Of a DNA stretch of 64,000 nucleotides, positions 31,291 through 38,939 are shown piece after piece. A model generated the notes under the pieces. The model was given only the letters and a program-made list of their open reading frames with translations, made no database searches and was not told the origin of the DNA. Position 1 is the stretch's first letter, and the number at the start of each line of letters is the position of its first letter. The stretch comes from Actinomycetota bacterium (GTDB lineage Bacteria > Actinomycetota > Acidimicrobiia > Acidimicrobiales > CAIXPF01). The translations under genes and the position numbers were made by a program. The stretch is taken from positions 1 through 64,000 of the forward strand of contig JAXHUH010000073.1 of the NCBI GenBank assembly GCA_034211175.1, read 5' to 3'.

Positions 31291-33822
31291 TCAGCGCCAG
31301 AAGGTGCGGCGCCGCGTGCCGGTGTCCGACGGCCCGCCGTCGCCGGTCCCGTTGGTGTCGCCTGCGTCGTCGGCGAAGGCGTCGATGGCGGCGAGGGTGG
31401 CGCGATCGTCGCCTGCCGTCCCGGTCGTCCACGCCGTCGCGGCGTCGACGATCGCCCGTAGGCGATCGACGAGCCCCGCCGTCGCGCCGACCGACGTCAG
31501 GTCGTCGACGAGGAGCCGCAGCCGGCCGATCGCCCTGCGGGCCTCGTCGCGATCGCCGCCGGTGATCGCGGAGCGGAGCGCGGCGAGCTCGTCGTCGATC
31601 CGGTCGCGGTAGCGGGCCTCGGGCGGGTTCGCCGGCTCCTCGCGGCGGGCGCCGTCGGATCCACGGTCGCCGGCGGCCTCTCGTGCCGGGCGCCGCCGCA
31701 GGGCCCTGCCCAGGCGGCCGCCCGTCGCCTCGAGGTGGAGGGACGTCTGTGCTGCGGGCGGGGGCTGTGGCGACGCGAACGCGACGAACCCGTCGCCCGC
31801 GGCCGGTGATGCGGCGGCCGGCGCCGAGGCGACGAACGCCCGCATCGGAGGTGACGGTGGCGCCGCGGATGCCTGCTCCCAGCCGGAGGGCAACTCGACC
31901 GGCTGGACGATCCTCGCCGGGTCCGTCGACGACGTGCGCTCGGTGGTGTCGACGGCCAGGTACGCAGTGAACCGGCTGAGCACCCCGAACTGCAGCGAGG
32001 TGGCGATGATCCGGTCGGCCAGCCCGGCGTCGGGGCGCACGGCGTGGGCGTCCTCGAGATCCCGGACGCGGGCTCGGGCCCACATCGCGTGACCGGCCCG
32101 GTCGTCGACGCGGCAGGCGACCTCGGCGGTCCACGGGTCCCCGAGCTCGTCGGTCGCCGCCAGCGTGACCGTCGCCGGTGGGCGGCCCCGGTAGCGGCCG
32201 GCCACGACGAGCGGCACCCCTTCGAAGCAGTCGGCGCGGCCCGGGGTGGTGTCGTCGGCGACCACGTCGAAGCCGCCGCTCCCGGGTTCGCCGGCGTCGT
32301 GGTCACCGGCGTGGATGGTGAGGTCGCGCAGGACGGGTCGGGCGATGCGACGGTGGAGCGCCGTCATGACCTCGTCGAGGCGGTCCTCCGATTCGACGAG
32401 CTCGCACCGCCCGGCGCCGGCCGCCGCGAGGCGCCGGAGGAAGCCGGCGTTGACGGCCCGGTCGATGCCGACGGTGAACAGCCGCGCCGAGCCGAGCTTC
32501 GGGTCGAGCCCGGCGAGGATCTGGTCCTCGTTGCCGACCTGGCCGTCGGTGACGACCACGACGACGGCGTCCCGGTCACCGGACTCCTCGAGCGGCGCGA
32601 CGGCCTGCGTGAGCGCCGGCAGCATCTGGGTGCCACCCCGGGCGTCGAGGCGGGACAGGAACTCGACGGCCGCGTAGCGGTTCCGATCGGTGGCGGCGAC
32701 GAGCCCGTCCTGGTCGGGCGGGGTCTCGCACACGTGGTCGAACGCGACCACGGCGAACCGGTCGGTGCTGCGCAGCGAGTCGACGATCCGGGCCGCGGCA
32801 CGGCGGGCGGCGACCATCTTCCACCCCTGCATCGAGCCCGACCGGTCGAGGACGAGCACGACGTCGCGGGGCCCCGAACCCGTGGCCGCCGGTGGCACGA
32901 CCGTGGCATACCAGGTCCCGGTCCCGCGGTCTCCCGCGTCGCCGGCGCCGGGCTCGTTCACGTGGTCGGCGGCCGTCGTCGGCGTCGCGGTGTCGGGGGT
33001 GCACGTGACCCCGGTGGTGATCGTGTCGCCCCCGATCCCGAACCGGAGGACGAAGTCCCGGTCGACCCGCTCGCCGGGGCGCAGCTCGACCCGCATCGGC
33101 CCGGTGCCTGCCCCGTCGGTCATCACGACGTCGTGCAGCGCCGACCGCAGCCCACGGAGCCCGAGGTCGTCCGCGTCGATCGTCACGCCGACGGACAGGC
33201 GCACCGGGTTCGGGGAGCCCGGAAGGAGGACCGGGGGCGAGATCGTCGATGCGTCGGGCACCGCGTCGGTGTCGTCGGTGGTCCCGCCGGCGACGTTCGG
33301 CCCGTCGAGCGGGCTGCCGGGGACGTACCGGGGTGCGGTCACGAGCGGGAAGCGGAACGTGGCCTCGGCGCCGTCGACCGGGAGGCGCCACTCGAGATCG
33401 AGCTCGACGACCGCGGTCTCGCCCGGCCCGATGTTGCCGACCCGCATGGAGAACGTGTCCGGCCGGTTCTCCTCGGCGATGGCGGCGCGACGGCCCTGCT
33501 CGATCGCCTCGTCGTAGCCGGCCCGGGCCGCGGCGCGCTCCATCAGGGTGCCGTCGACGACGCGGTCGGCCACCGTCATGCGGAACCGGGTGACCGCGGC
33601 ACGGTCGGGGAGCGGGTGGAGGTAGGTGGCCTCGATCGCCCGGTCGAGGCGGTTCTCGAACGTCTGGCGCACCCGGACTCGGGCGACGAGGCCGGCGATG
33701 TGGCCGTCGACGTCGAGCGCCACCAGCGGCAGCGCCCCCTCCTCGGTCCGCAGCTCGCTCGGTGTGTCGCTCCAGGGCTCGTCGAGCTCGTCCGGTCGCA
33801 TCGTCGGGACGGGTGTGGTCAT
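31291..33822 (-). CDS. VIT (vault/inter-alpha-trypsin) domain + von Willebrand factor type A domain protein, 843 aa
   Basis: N-terminal VIT-like region, then a vWA domain with intact MIDAS (VLVLDRSGSM...GGT...VVVVTDGQVG), then a long Ala/Pro-rich C-terminal region. The ATG overlaps the stop of the upstream MerR gene as ATGA (33819-33822). Confidence 0.8.
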   Translation of the reverse strand: MTTPVPTMRPDELDEPWSDTPSELRTEEGALPLVALDVDGHIAGLVARVRVRQTFENRLDRAIEATYLHPLPDRAAVTRFRMTVADRVVDGTLMERAAARAGYDEAIEQGRRAAIAEENRPDTFSMRVGNIGPGETAVVELDLEWRLPVDGAEATFRFPLVTAPRYVPGSPLDGPNVAGGTTDDTDAVPDASTISPPVLLPGSPNPVRLSVGVTIDADDLGLRGLRSALHDVVMTDGAGTGPMRVELRPGERVDRDFVLRFGIGGDTITTGVTCTPDTATPTTAADHVNEPGAGDAGDRGTGTWYATVVPPAATGSGPRDVVLVLDRSGSMQGWKMVAARRAAARIVDSLRSTDRFAVVAFDHVCETPPDQDGLVAATDRNRYAAVEFLSRLDARGGTQMLPALTQAVAPLEESGDRDAVVVVVTDGQVGNEDQILAGLDPKLGSARLFTVGIDRAVNAGFLRRLAAAGAGRCELVESEDRLDEVMTALHRRIARPVLRDLTIHAGDHDAGEPGSGGFDVVADDTTPGRADCFEGVPLVVAGRYRGRPPATVTLAATDELGDPWTAEVACRVDDRAGHAMWARARVRDLEDAHAVRPDAGLADRIIATSLQFGVLSRFTAYLAVDTTERTSSTDPARIVQPVELPSGWEQASAAPPSPPMRAFVASAPAAASPAAGDGFVAFASPQPPPAAQTSLHLEATGGRLGRALRRRPAREAAGDRGSDGARREEPANPPEARYRDRIDDELAALRSAITGGDRDEARRAIGRLRLLVDDLTSVGATAGLVDRLRAIVDAATAWTTGTAGDDRATLAAIDAFADDAGDTNGTGDGGPSDTGTRRRTFWR

Positions 33823-34511
33823 CGTGTCCGCCTTTCGGGGCCGCTCGCTGCTGTGGCGTCGGGGTCGTCGTCTCGGAGGAGCCCCCGGGCGCGCAGCTCG
33901 TCGAGGAGCTGGTGGGCCGCGGCTGTGACCGCGGCGCCATCGGCCGTGGTCGGCATGCGCCCGGCCGGGAAGCTCAGGTGGACCCCGGGCGCCAGTTCCA
34001 CGGCAGCCAGCACCGGGGTCGTGTCCTCGGCGGGGGTCGTGTCCTCGTCCACGGGGGCCGGCGTCGCAGCCCAGAACGCGGCGGACCGGTGCGTCGGTCC
34101 CGCGGGCGCGGGTTGGCGCGGCGTGGGCTGCGGCACCGGTTGCCGCGGACGCGCCTCGGCGGACGCGGCCCTCGTGGCCGTCGTGGCCACGGCCCCGATG
34201 GCGGCGAGCTCCCGGTCGGTGCGGCCGACGAGGCGCTGCTGGATGTCGCCCAGCGCGACGTCGTCGGCCTGGAGCCGCTTGATGGCCAGCACCTGGAGCA
34301 CGTGGCGCTCGCCGTAGAGCGCCGTGCGGCCCCGGTGGGACACCGGCGGGTCCAGGAGCCCGAGCGTGCGGTAGTAGCGCAGCGTCCGCTCGGTCGGTGC
34401 GGCACCGTTGCCGTCGGGCGCGCGCAGATGCCGACCGACCTGCCGCACGAGCTCGTCGATCGTGAACGTCGCCCCGTCCGGCGCTGATGCTGATCCCGGC
34501 GTCGTTCCCAT
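33819..34511 (-). CDS. MerR family HTH protein, Cys-free, with Pro-rich linker and ~90-aa C-terminal domain
   Basis: MerR HTH (FTIDELVRQVGRHLRAPDGNGAAPTERTLRYYRTLGLLDP) with an unusual insertion in the recognition region. There are no cysteines. Translationally coupled (ATGA) to the VIT-vWA gene. Confidence 0.8.
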   Translation of the reverse strand: MGTTPGSASAPDGATFTIDELVRQVGRHLRAPDGNGAAPTERTLRYYRTLGLLDPPVSHRGRTALYGERHVLQVLAIKRLQADDVALGDIQQRLVGRTDRELAAIGAVATTATRAASAEARPRQPVPQPTPRQPAPAGPTHRSAAFWAATPAPVDEDTTPAEDTTPVLAAVELAPGVHLSFPAGRMPTTADGAAVTAAAHQLLDELRARGLLRDDDPDATAASGPERRTR

Positions 34512-34519
34512 CGCCGCCC

Positions 34520-34542
34520 ACTGTAACAGTCACTGTGACAGT
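34520..34542. promoter_or_regulatory. 23-bp near-perfect dyad ACTGTAACAGT-C-ACTGTGACAGT (20/23 self-complementary; two nested 11-bp palindromes), 8 nt upstream of the MerR start
   Basis: Read directly in the 100-bp gap between the MerT-like gene's stop and the MerR ATG. Confidence 0.45.
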
Positions 34543-34612
34543 ACTGCGGGGAAACGGGGAGATCGGTGGGGCCCGGGTCTGCGGCGCGAGGTCTCGGGCT
34601 CGGCCGTCGAGC

Positions 34613-34849
34613 TCAGTGTCGGGTCGGCTCGGTTGTGTCCGGAGCGGGGTCGCCGTCGCCGCGGCCGCTCCGCCGTCGGGCCGCGGCACGTGCCCCGACG
34701 ACGATGAGCACGCCGAGTACGGCGATGACCGGACCGCCGGCGCGATCGAGCGCCGCCCCGACCCCGACCCCGACCGCGGCGAGCAGCGGCCCCGCGCAGC
34801 ACGCCAGGCATCCGACTGCGCCGAGGGCGGCGAGCCGCCGCCCGCTCAT
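34613..34849 (-). CDS. small two-helix membrane protein with MerT/MerF-like vicinal-cysteine helix (78 aa)
   Basis: MSGRRLAALGAVGCLACCAGPLLAAVGVGVGAAL resembles MerT TM1 (…SPCCWLPLLAVALGVSGAWL…), followed by a second hydrophobic helix. The ATG overlaps the upstream regulator's stop as ATGA (34846-34849). Confidence 0.55.
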   Translation of the reverse strand: MSGRRLAALGAVGCLACCAGPLLAAVGVGVGAALDRAGGPVIAVLGVLIVVGARAAARRRSGRGDGDPAPDTTEPTRH

Positions 34850-35622
34850 GCGGGGACCCCGAAGACCGCGTCGACGAGCTCTGCGGCGTCGGACGGGGTC
34901 CGCACCTCGAGCGCGACGCCGCGGTGGTCGACGGTGATGGTGAAGGCGAAGAACGTGCAGCACGCCTGCTCGGCCACGACCAGGCGGGTCAGCTCGTCGA
35001 TCGGTGCCGCCGGGACGAGCTCGAGGCGGAGGCCTCCGTCGTCGGTGCGGGACCGGTGGCGCACGTGGTCGAGGAACCGGCCCCAGTCCGCAGCGCGGTC
35101 GGGGATCTCGTCGGCGGACAGGGTGCAGGTGATGGCCGGGTCGCCCGTGGTCCCGAGCGGCACCCCCGTCGGCCGGACATCGTCGGCGTCACCGCCGTCG
35201 GATCGGCACCCGCACCCGGCGCTCATGCACGCGCACCCCTCGTCGCACGGGCCGTCGATCGGTGCGCCACCGAGGCGGGCGGCCGCGGTCTGCAGCTGCG
35301 CCGTGAGCCGCACGAGCTCGGCGCTGCGGGTGCGGGCATCGGCGATCTTGGTCGTCACCAGCGCGTGGAGCCGGGCCTGCACCGGTTCGCACTCGTCGCT
35401 GTCCCACAGCTCGACGAGGTCGGCGATCTCCTCGAGGCTGCACCCGAGCTGCTTGGCCCGGGCGATGAACCCGAGACGCTGCAGCGAACGATCGTCGTAG
35501 AGGCGGTAGCCGGCGTCGGTGCGCCCGGCCGGCTCGAGGAGGCCGTGCTGCTCGTAGTAGCGCAGCGTCGAGGCCGGGAAGCCGCTCCGCTCGGCGACCT
35601 GGCTGATGGTGAACGAGGCCAT
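34846..35622 (-). CDS. MerR family regulator with Cys-cluster (GPCDEGCACMSAGCGCRS) and C-terminal ~110-aa domain bearing a CC motif (EQACCTFFAF)
   Basis: MerR HTH at the N-terminus (FTISQVAERSGFPASTLRYYEQHGLLEP), then a coiled coil and the Cys cluster. The second domain is of unknown family. Confidence 0.75.
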   Translation of the reverse strand: MASFTISQVAERSGFPASTLRYYEQHGLLEPAGRTDAGYRLYDDRSLQRLGFIARAKQLGCSLEEIADLVELWDSDECEPVQARLHALVTTKIADARTRSAELVRLTAQLQTAAARLGGAPIDGPCDEGCACMSAGCGCRSDGGDADDVRPTGVPLGTTGDPAITCTLSADEIPDRAADWGRFLDHVRHRSRTDDGGLRLELVPAAPIDELTRLVVAEQACCTFFAFTITVDHRGVALEVRTPSDAAELVDAVFGVPA

Positions 35623-35677
35623 GGGGCGACGGTAGACCTTCGACCCGACTCGAAGGTCAAGGCCCGGTCGCCATCCC

Positions 35678-36000
35678 TCAGCGCGACGCGTACATGATCA
35701 CGGCCACGCCGACGAGGCAGATGGCGGCGCCGGTGAGGTCCCAGCGATCCGGTCGGAAGTCGTCCGCGACCACGCCCCAGGCCAGCGAGCCGGCGACGAA
35801 GATCCCGCCGTAGGCGGCCAGGACCCGCCCGAAGTGGTCGTCGTCCTGCAGCGTCGCCACGAAGCCGTAGGCCCCGGCAAGCTGAACGCAGCTCGACCGG
35901 AGGGCGCAGCCCGACGGCGAGCGAGGCTCAGCCGATCTCCGCGAGCGCGGCGAGGACGAACAGGGCGAGGGAGCGGCCGACGGGCACGTCGCGACCGTAG
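35678..36000 (-). pseudogene. ynfA: ynfA-like (UPF0060 small membrane protein) gene disrupted by an in-frame TGA and a frameshift (~20-nt internal deletion)
   Basis: Frame B encodes …[14 protein letters not shown] then TGA. Frame A encodes the rest ([67 protein letters not shown]). Both halves match the UPF0060/YnfA family order. This could also be an assembly error. Confidence 0.5.
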
Positions 36001-36029
36001 GCGCCGGGCAGACGGGCCCGCGTCGAACC

Positions 36030-37478
36030 TCAGTCGCGATGCCTGGGCGCGCGGACGTGGAGGGGGTGGCCGAGGGCGCCGTGGGCGGCTTCGGCGATGG
36101 CCTCGGCGAGCGTCGGGTGGGCGTGGATCGTGCCGGCGACGTCCTCGAGCGTGGCGGCCATCTCCACCGCGAGCGCGGCCTCGCCGGCCAGCTCGGCGAC
36201 ACCGGGCCCGACGAGATGGATGCCGAGGACCGTGCCCTCGGCGTCGGCGACGATCTCGGCGTGGCCGAGGTCGCGACCGAGCGACAGCGCCCGACCGTTG
36301 GCGGCGAACGGGAACCGGAACGTGGTCAGCTCGGCGGTCGCTCCCGCCGCGTCCTCGCCGTCGCGATCGCCGTCGGGCCTGACGCCGACGCTGACGACCT
36401 CGGGGTCGCAGAACACGACCTGGGGGACGGCAGCGGGGGAGAACGCCGCCGGTTCGCCGCACGCAGTGGCCGCGGCGACCTCGGCCTCGGCCGTCGCCTT
36501 GTGGGCCAGCGCCGGGCCGGCGGTGACGTCGCCGATGGCCAGGATCGTCGGCGCCGCCCGGCGGTCCGGACCGACCGGGATGTAGCCGGCGCCGTCGACC
36601 TCGACACCGACCCGGGCCAGGCCGAGATCGTCGGTGTTGGGCCGCCGGCCCACCGCCATGAGCACCACCTCGGCAGCCAGTCGATGCTCGGTCCGGTCGT
36701 CGTCGCCATCGTCGCCCGCCACCTCGCGCACGACGAGGTCGGGACCGTCGAGCCCGGCGGCGGCCGTGCCGGTGAGCACGGTGACCCCGAGCTGACGCAG
36801 CCGGCGGGCAACCACCCGGCCGAGGCTGGCAGCCATCCCGGGCAGGAGCCGGTCGGCTGCCTCGACGATCGTGACCTGCGCGCCGAGCTTCGCCCATGCC
36901 GTGCCCAGCTCGAGGCCGATGTAGCCGCCACCCACCACGACGAGGCGCTCGGGCACACGGTCGAGTCGCAGGGCGGCCGTCGAATCGATGACCCGGGTCC
37001 CGTCGAACGGCAGCATCGCGAGCTCGACCGGGCGGGACCCGGTGGCCACGATGGCCTGGGAGAACTCGACGTGGGTCACCCCCTCGCCGTGGACGACCGC
37101 GGCGCGGTCGGCGCGGCTGAACCGGGCCGTGCCCTCGACGACGGTCACGCCGGCGCCGTCGAGGAGCTGGCGCACGCCACCGGTGAGCCGGCCGACGACG
37201 GCGTCCATGTGCTCGCCGACCCGGGCGAGGTCGACCTCGGCCGACACGTCGACGCCCCACGAGCCGGCCTCGTGCGCGAGCGCCGCCGTCTCGGCCACGT
37301 GGATCAGCGTCTTCGACGGGATGCAGCCGACGTTGAGGCACACCCCGCCGACGGCGTCGCGCTCGACCAGGGTCACCGACCGGCCCCGCTCCGCGACCCG
37401 GAGCGCGGCGGCGTAGCCGCCGGGACCGCCGCCGATGACGAGCACGTCGGTGGAGGTCGCGAGCTCGCCGACGACCAC
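36030..37478 (-). CDS. lpdA: dihydrolipoyl dehydrogenase (E3)
   Basis: 482 aa. FAD motif [11 protein letters not shown], redox disulfide [13 protein letters not shown], and C-terminal [11 protein letters not shown] start. Confidence 0.92.
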   Translation of the reverse strand: MVVGELATSTDVLVIGGGPGGYAAALRVAERGRSVTLVERDAVGGVCLNVGCIPSKTLIHVAETAALAHEAGSWGVDVSAEVDLARVGEHMDAVVGRLTGGVRQLLDGAGVTVVEGTARFSRADRAAVVHGEGVTHVEFSQAIVATGSRPVELAMLPFDGTRVIDSTAALRLDRVPERLVVVGGGYIGLELGTAWAKLGAQVTIVEAADRLLPGMAASLGRVVARRLRQLGVTVLTGTAAAGLDGPDLVVREVAGDDGDDDRTEHRLAAEVVLMAVGRRPNTDDLGLARVGVEVDGAGYIPVGPDRRAAPTILAIGDVTAGPALAHKATAEAEVAAATACGEPAAFSPAAVPQVVFCDPEVVSVGVRPDGDRDGEDAAGATAELTTFRFPFAANGRALSLGRDLGHAEIVADAEGTVLGIHLVGPGVAELAGEAALAVEMAATLEDVAGTIHAHPTLAEAIAEAAHGALGHPLHVRAPRHRD

Positions 37479-37479
37479 G

Positions 37480-38823
37480 TCACACCTCCAGGAGCAGCAG
37501 GGTCGGATCGGCGACGCCGGCCATCACGTGGCGATGGAACGCCGTCGACAGGTCGCCGTCGATCAACCGGTGGTCGACGGCGATGCTCACCGGGAGGACG
37601 GGACGGACGGCGAGCTCACCGTCGACGACCCACGGTCGGGGCGCGGCGGCGCCGAACCCGACGATCGCCACCTGGGGCGGCACGATCAGCGGCGCGGCGT
37701 AGCGCCCGCCGAGGCTGCCGTAGTTGGTGATGGTGGCGGTGCCGCCCCGCATCTCGTCGGGCCCGAGCGACCCGCCGCGGGCGGCGTCGGTGAGCCGGGC
37801 GATCTCGGCGGCGAGGCTTCCCAGGCCGCGGCGGTCGGCGTGGCGGACCACCGGGACGACGAGGCCGTGGGGCGAGGCGACGGCGATGCCGACGTGGACG
37901 TCGGGGTGGACGGTGATCGTGCCGGCCTCGGGGTCGATGCTGGCGTTGACCAGTGGGAACGCCCGCAGCGCCCGGGCGACGGCCTTCACGAAGAACGCCA
38001 GCGGCGTCAGGCGCTGTGCCGCGGCGCCGCCCTCGTCCCGGAGCCGCGCCCGGGCGGCGAGCAGCTCCGTGGCGTCGAGGTCGTCGTGGGCCCAGATGTG
38101 GGGGATCTCGCTCCACGCCCGCGCCATGTTGGCGGCAGTCACCCGGCGCACGCCGCGCAGCGGGTGGGTGCCCGGTTCCATCTGGCCGAGCCCGGTCCCG
38201 GCCGGCGCCGCGGCGCCCACGGCCGGCTCGCCCGGCGGGACAGGCGCCGCCGGCGTGTCGCCGGTCGTGGGGGAGGGAGCCGCCGGGGCGGACGGGGCCG
38301 CCGGCGCCTCCGCGGCGGCCTCGACGTCGGTCCGCAGGATCCGACCGCCGGGCCCCGTGCCCTCGACCGTGTGCAGCTCCACCCCGAGCTCGACCGCCCG
38401 CTTGCGGGTGGCGGGTGACGCCTTCGGGCGACGCACGCCGCCACTCGACGGGGCCGACGGCGCCGACGCTGACGGTGCCGTCCCGGGCGCTGCCGTCGCC
38501 GCGTCGGCTGTGTTGTCCGCCGGGCCCGTCCCGTCCGCCGGCTGCGCGATGTCCGCCGCCGGCGCCGGTGGGGTCGAGGGCGCCCGGCCGTCGTCGATCT
38601 CGAACAGCACGTCGCCGACCCGGGCCAGGTCGCCGGGAGCGAACGCGAGGCGGTTGACCGTGCCCGCGGTCGGGGACGGGAGCTGGGTCTGGGACTTGTC
38701 GGTCAGCACCTCGACGACCGGTTGGTCGCGCTCCACCCGCTCGCCCTCGCCGACGAGCCACTCGACGATCTCGGCCTCCTCGAGGCCCTCGCCGATGTCG
38801 GGCAGACGGAACTCGACGGCCAT
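37480..38823 (-). CDS. 2-oxoacid dehydrogenase E2 (dihydrolipoamide acyltransferase), one lipoyl domain
   Basis: Lipoyl domain (EIVEWLVGEGERVERDQPVVEVLTDKSQTQL), Ala/Pro linker, E3-binding domain, and catalytic domain with DHRLIDG. Stop lies 1 nt from the lpdA start. Confidence 0.88.
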   Translation of the reverse strand: MAVEFRLPDIGEGLEEAEIVEWLVGEGERVERDQPVVEVLTDKSQTQLPSPTAGTVNRLAFAPGDLARVGDVLFEIDDGRAPSTPPAPAADIAQPADGTGPADNTADAATAAPGTAPSASAPSAPSSGGVRRPKASPATRKRAVELGVELHTVEGTGPGGRILRTDVEAAAEAPAAPSAPAAPSPTTGDTPAAPVPPGEPAVGAAAPAGTGLGQMEPGTHPLRGVRRVTAANMARAWSEIPHIWAHDDLDATELLAARARLRDEGGAAAQRLTPLAFFVKAVARALRAFPLVNASIDPEAGTITVHPDVHVGIAVASPHGLVVPVVRHADRRGLGSLAAEIARLTDAARGGSLGPDEMRGGTATITNYGSLGGRYAAPLIVPPQVAIVGFGAAAPRPWVVDGELAVRPVLPVSIAVDHRLIDGDLSTAFHRHVMAGVADPTLLLLEV

Positions 38824-38939
38824 CGCCGCTCCTCGCTGATCCGGCCGGCCCGCAGGGCGCGGCGGTCGGGTTGGGGCGAGTCCGACGGTACGCCATCGGT
38901 GCACACCGCGCCGGTGCGCTGTCTACCCTCGCGTCCACG

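Noticed and set aside
34520-34542. LexA/SOS box
   Set aside because: Contains CTGT and ACAG, but with N1 and N13 spacing rather than CTGT-N8-ACAG. It also lacks the actinobacterial TCGAAC-N4-GTTCGA form.
31291-35622. Canonical mer (mercury resistance) operon
   Set aside because: No MerA reductase, MerP or MerB. Only a MerT/MerF-like helix protein and MerR-family regulators are present.
35941-35990. TGA in ynfA-like frame as selenocysteine
   Set aside because: No SECIS-like structure, and a frameshift is also required to reach the C-terminal half. A pseudogene or indel is the simpler explanation.
35698-37341. 547-aa minus-strand ORF overlapping lpdA
   Set aside because: Off-frame to lpdA, which has FAD and redox-disulfide motifs. 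Poly-Arg composition.
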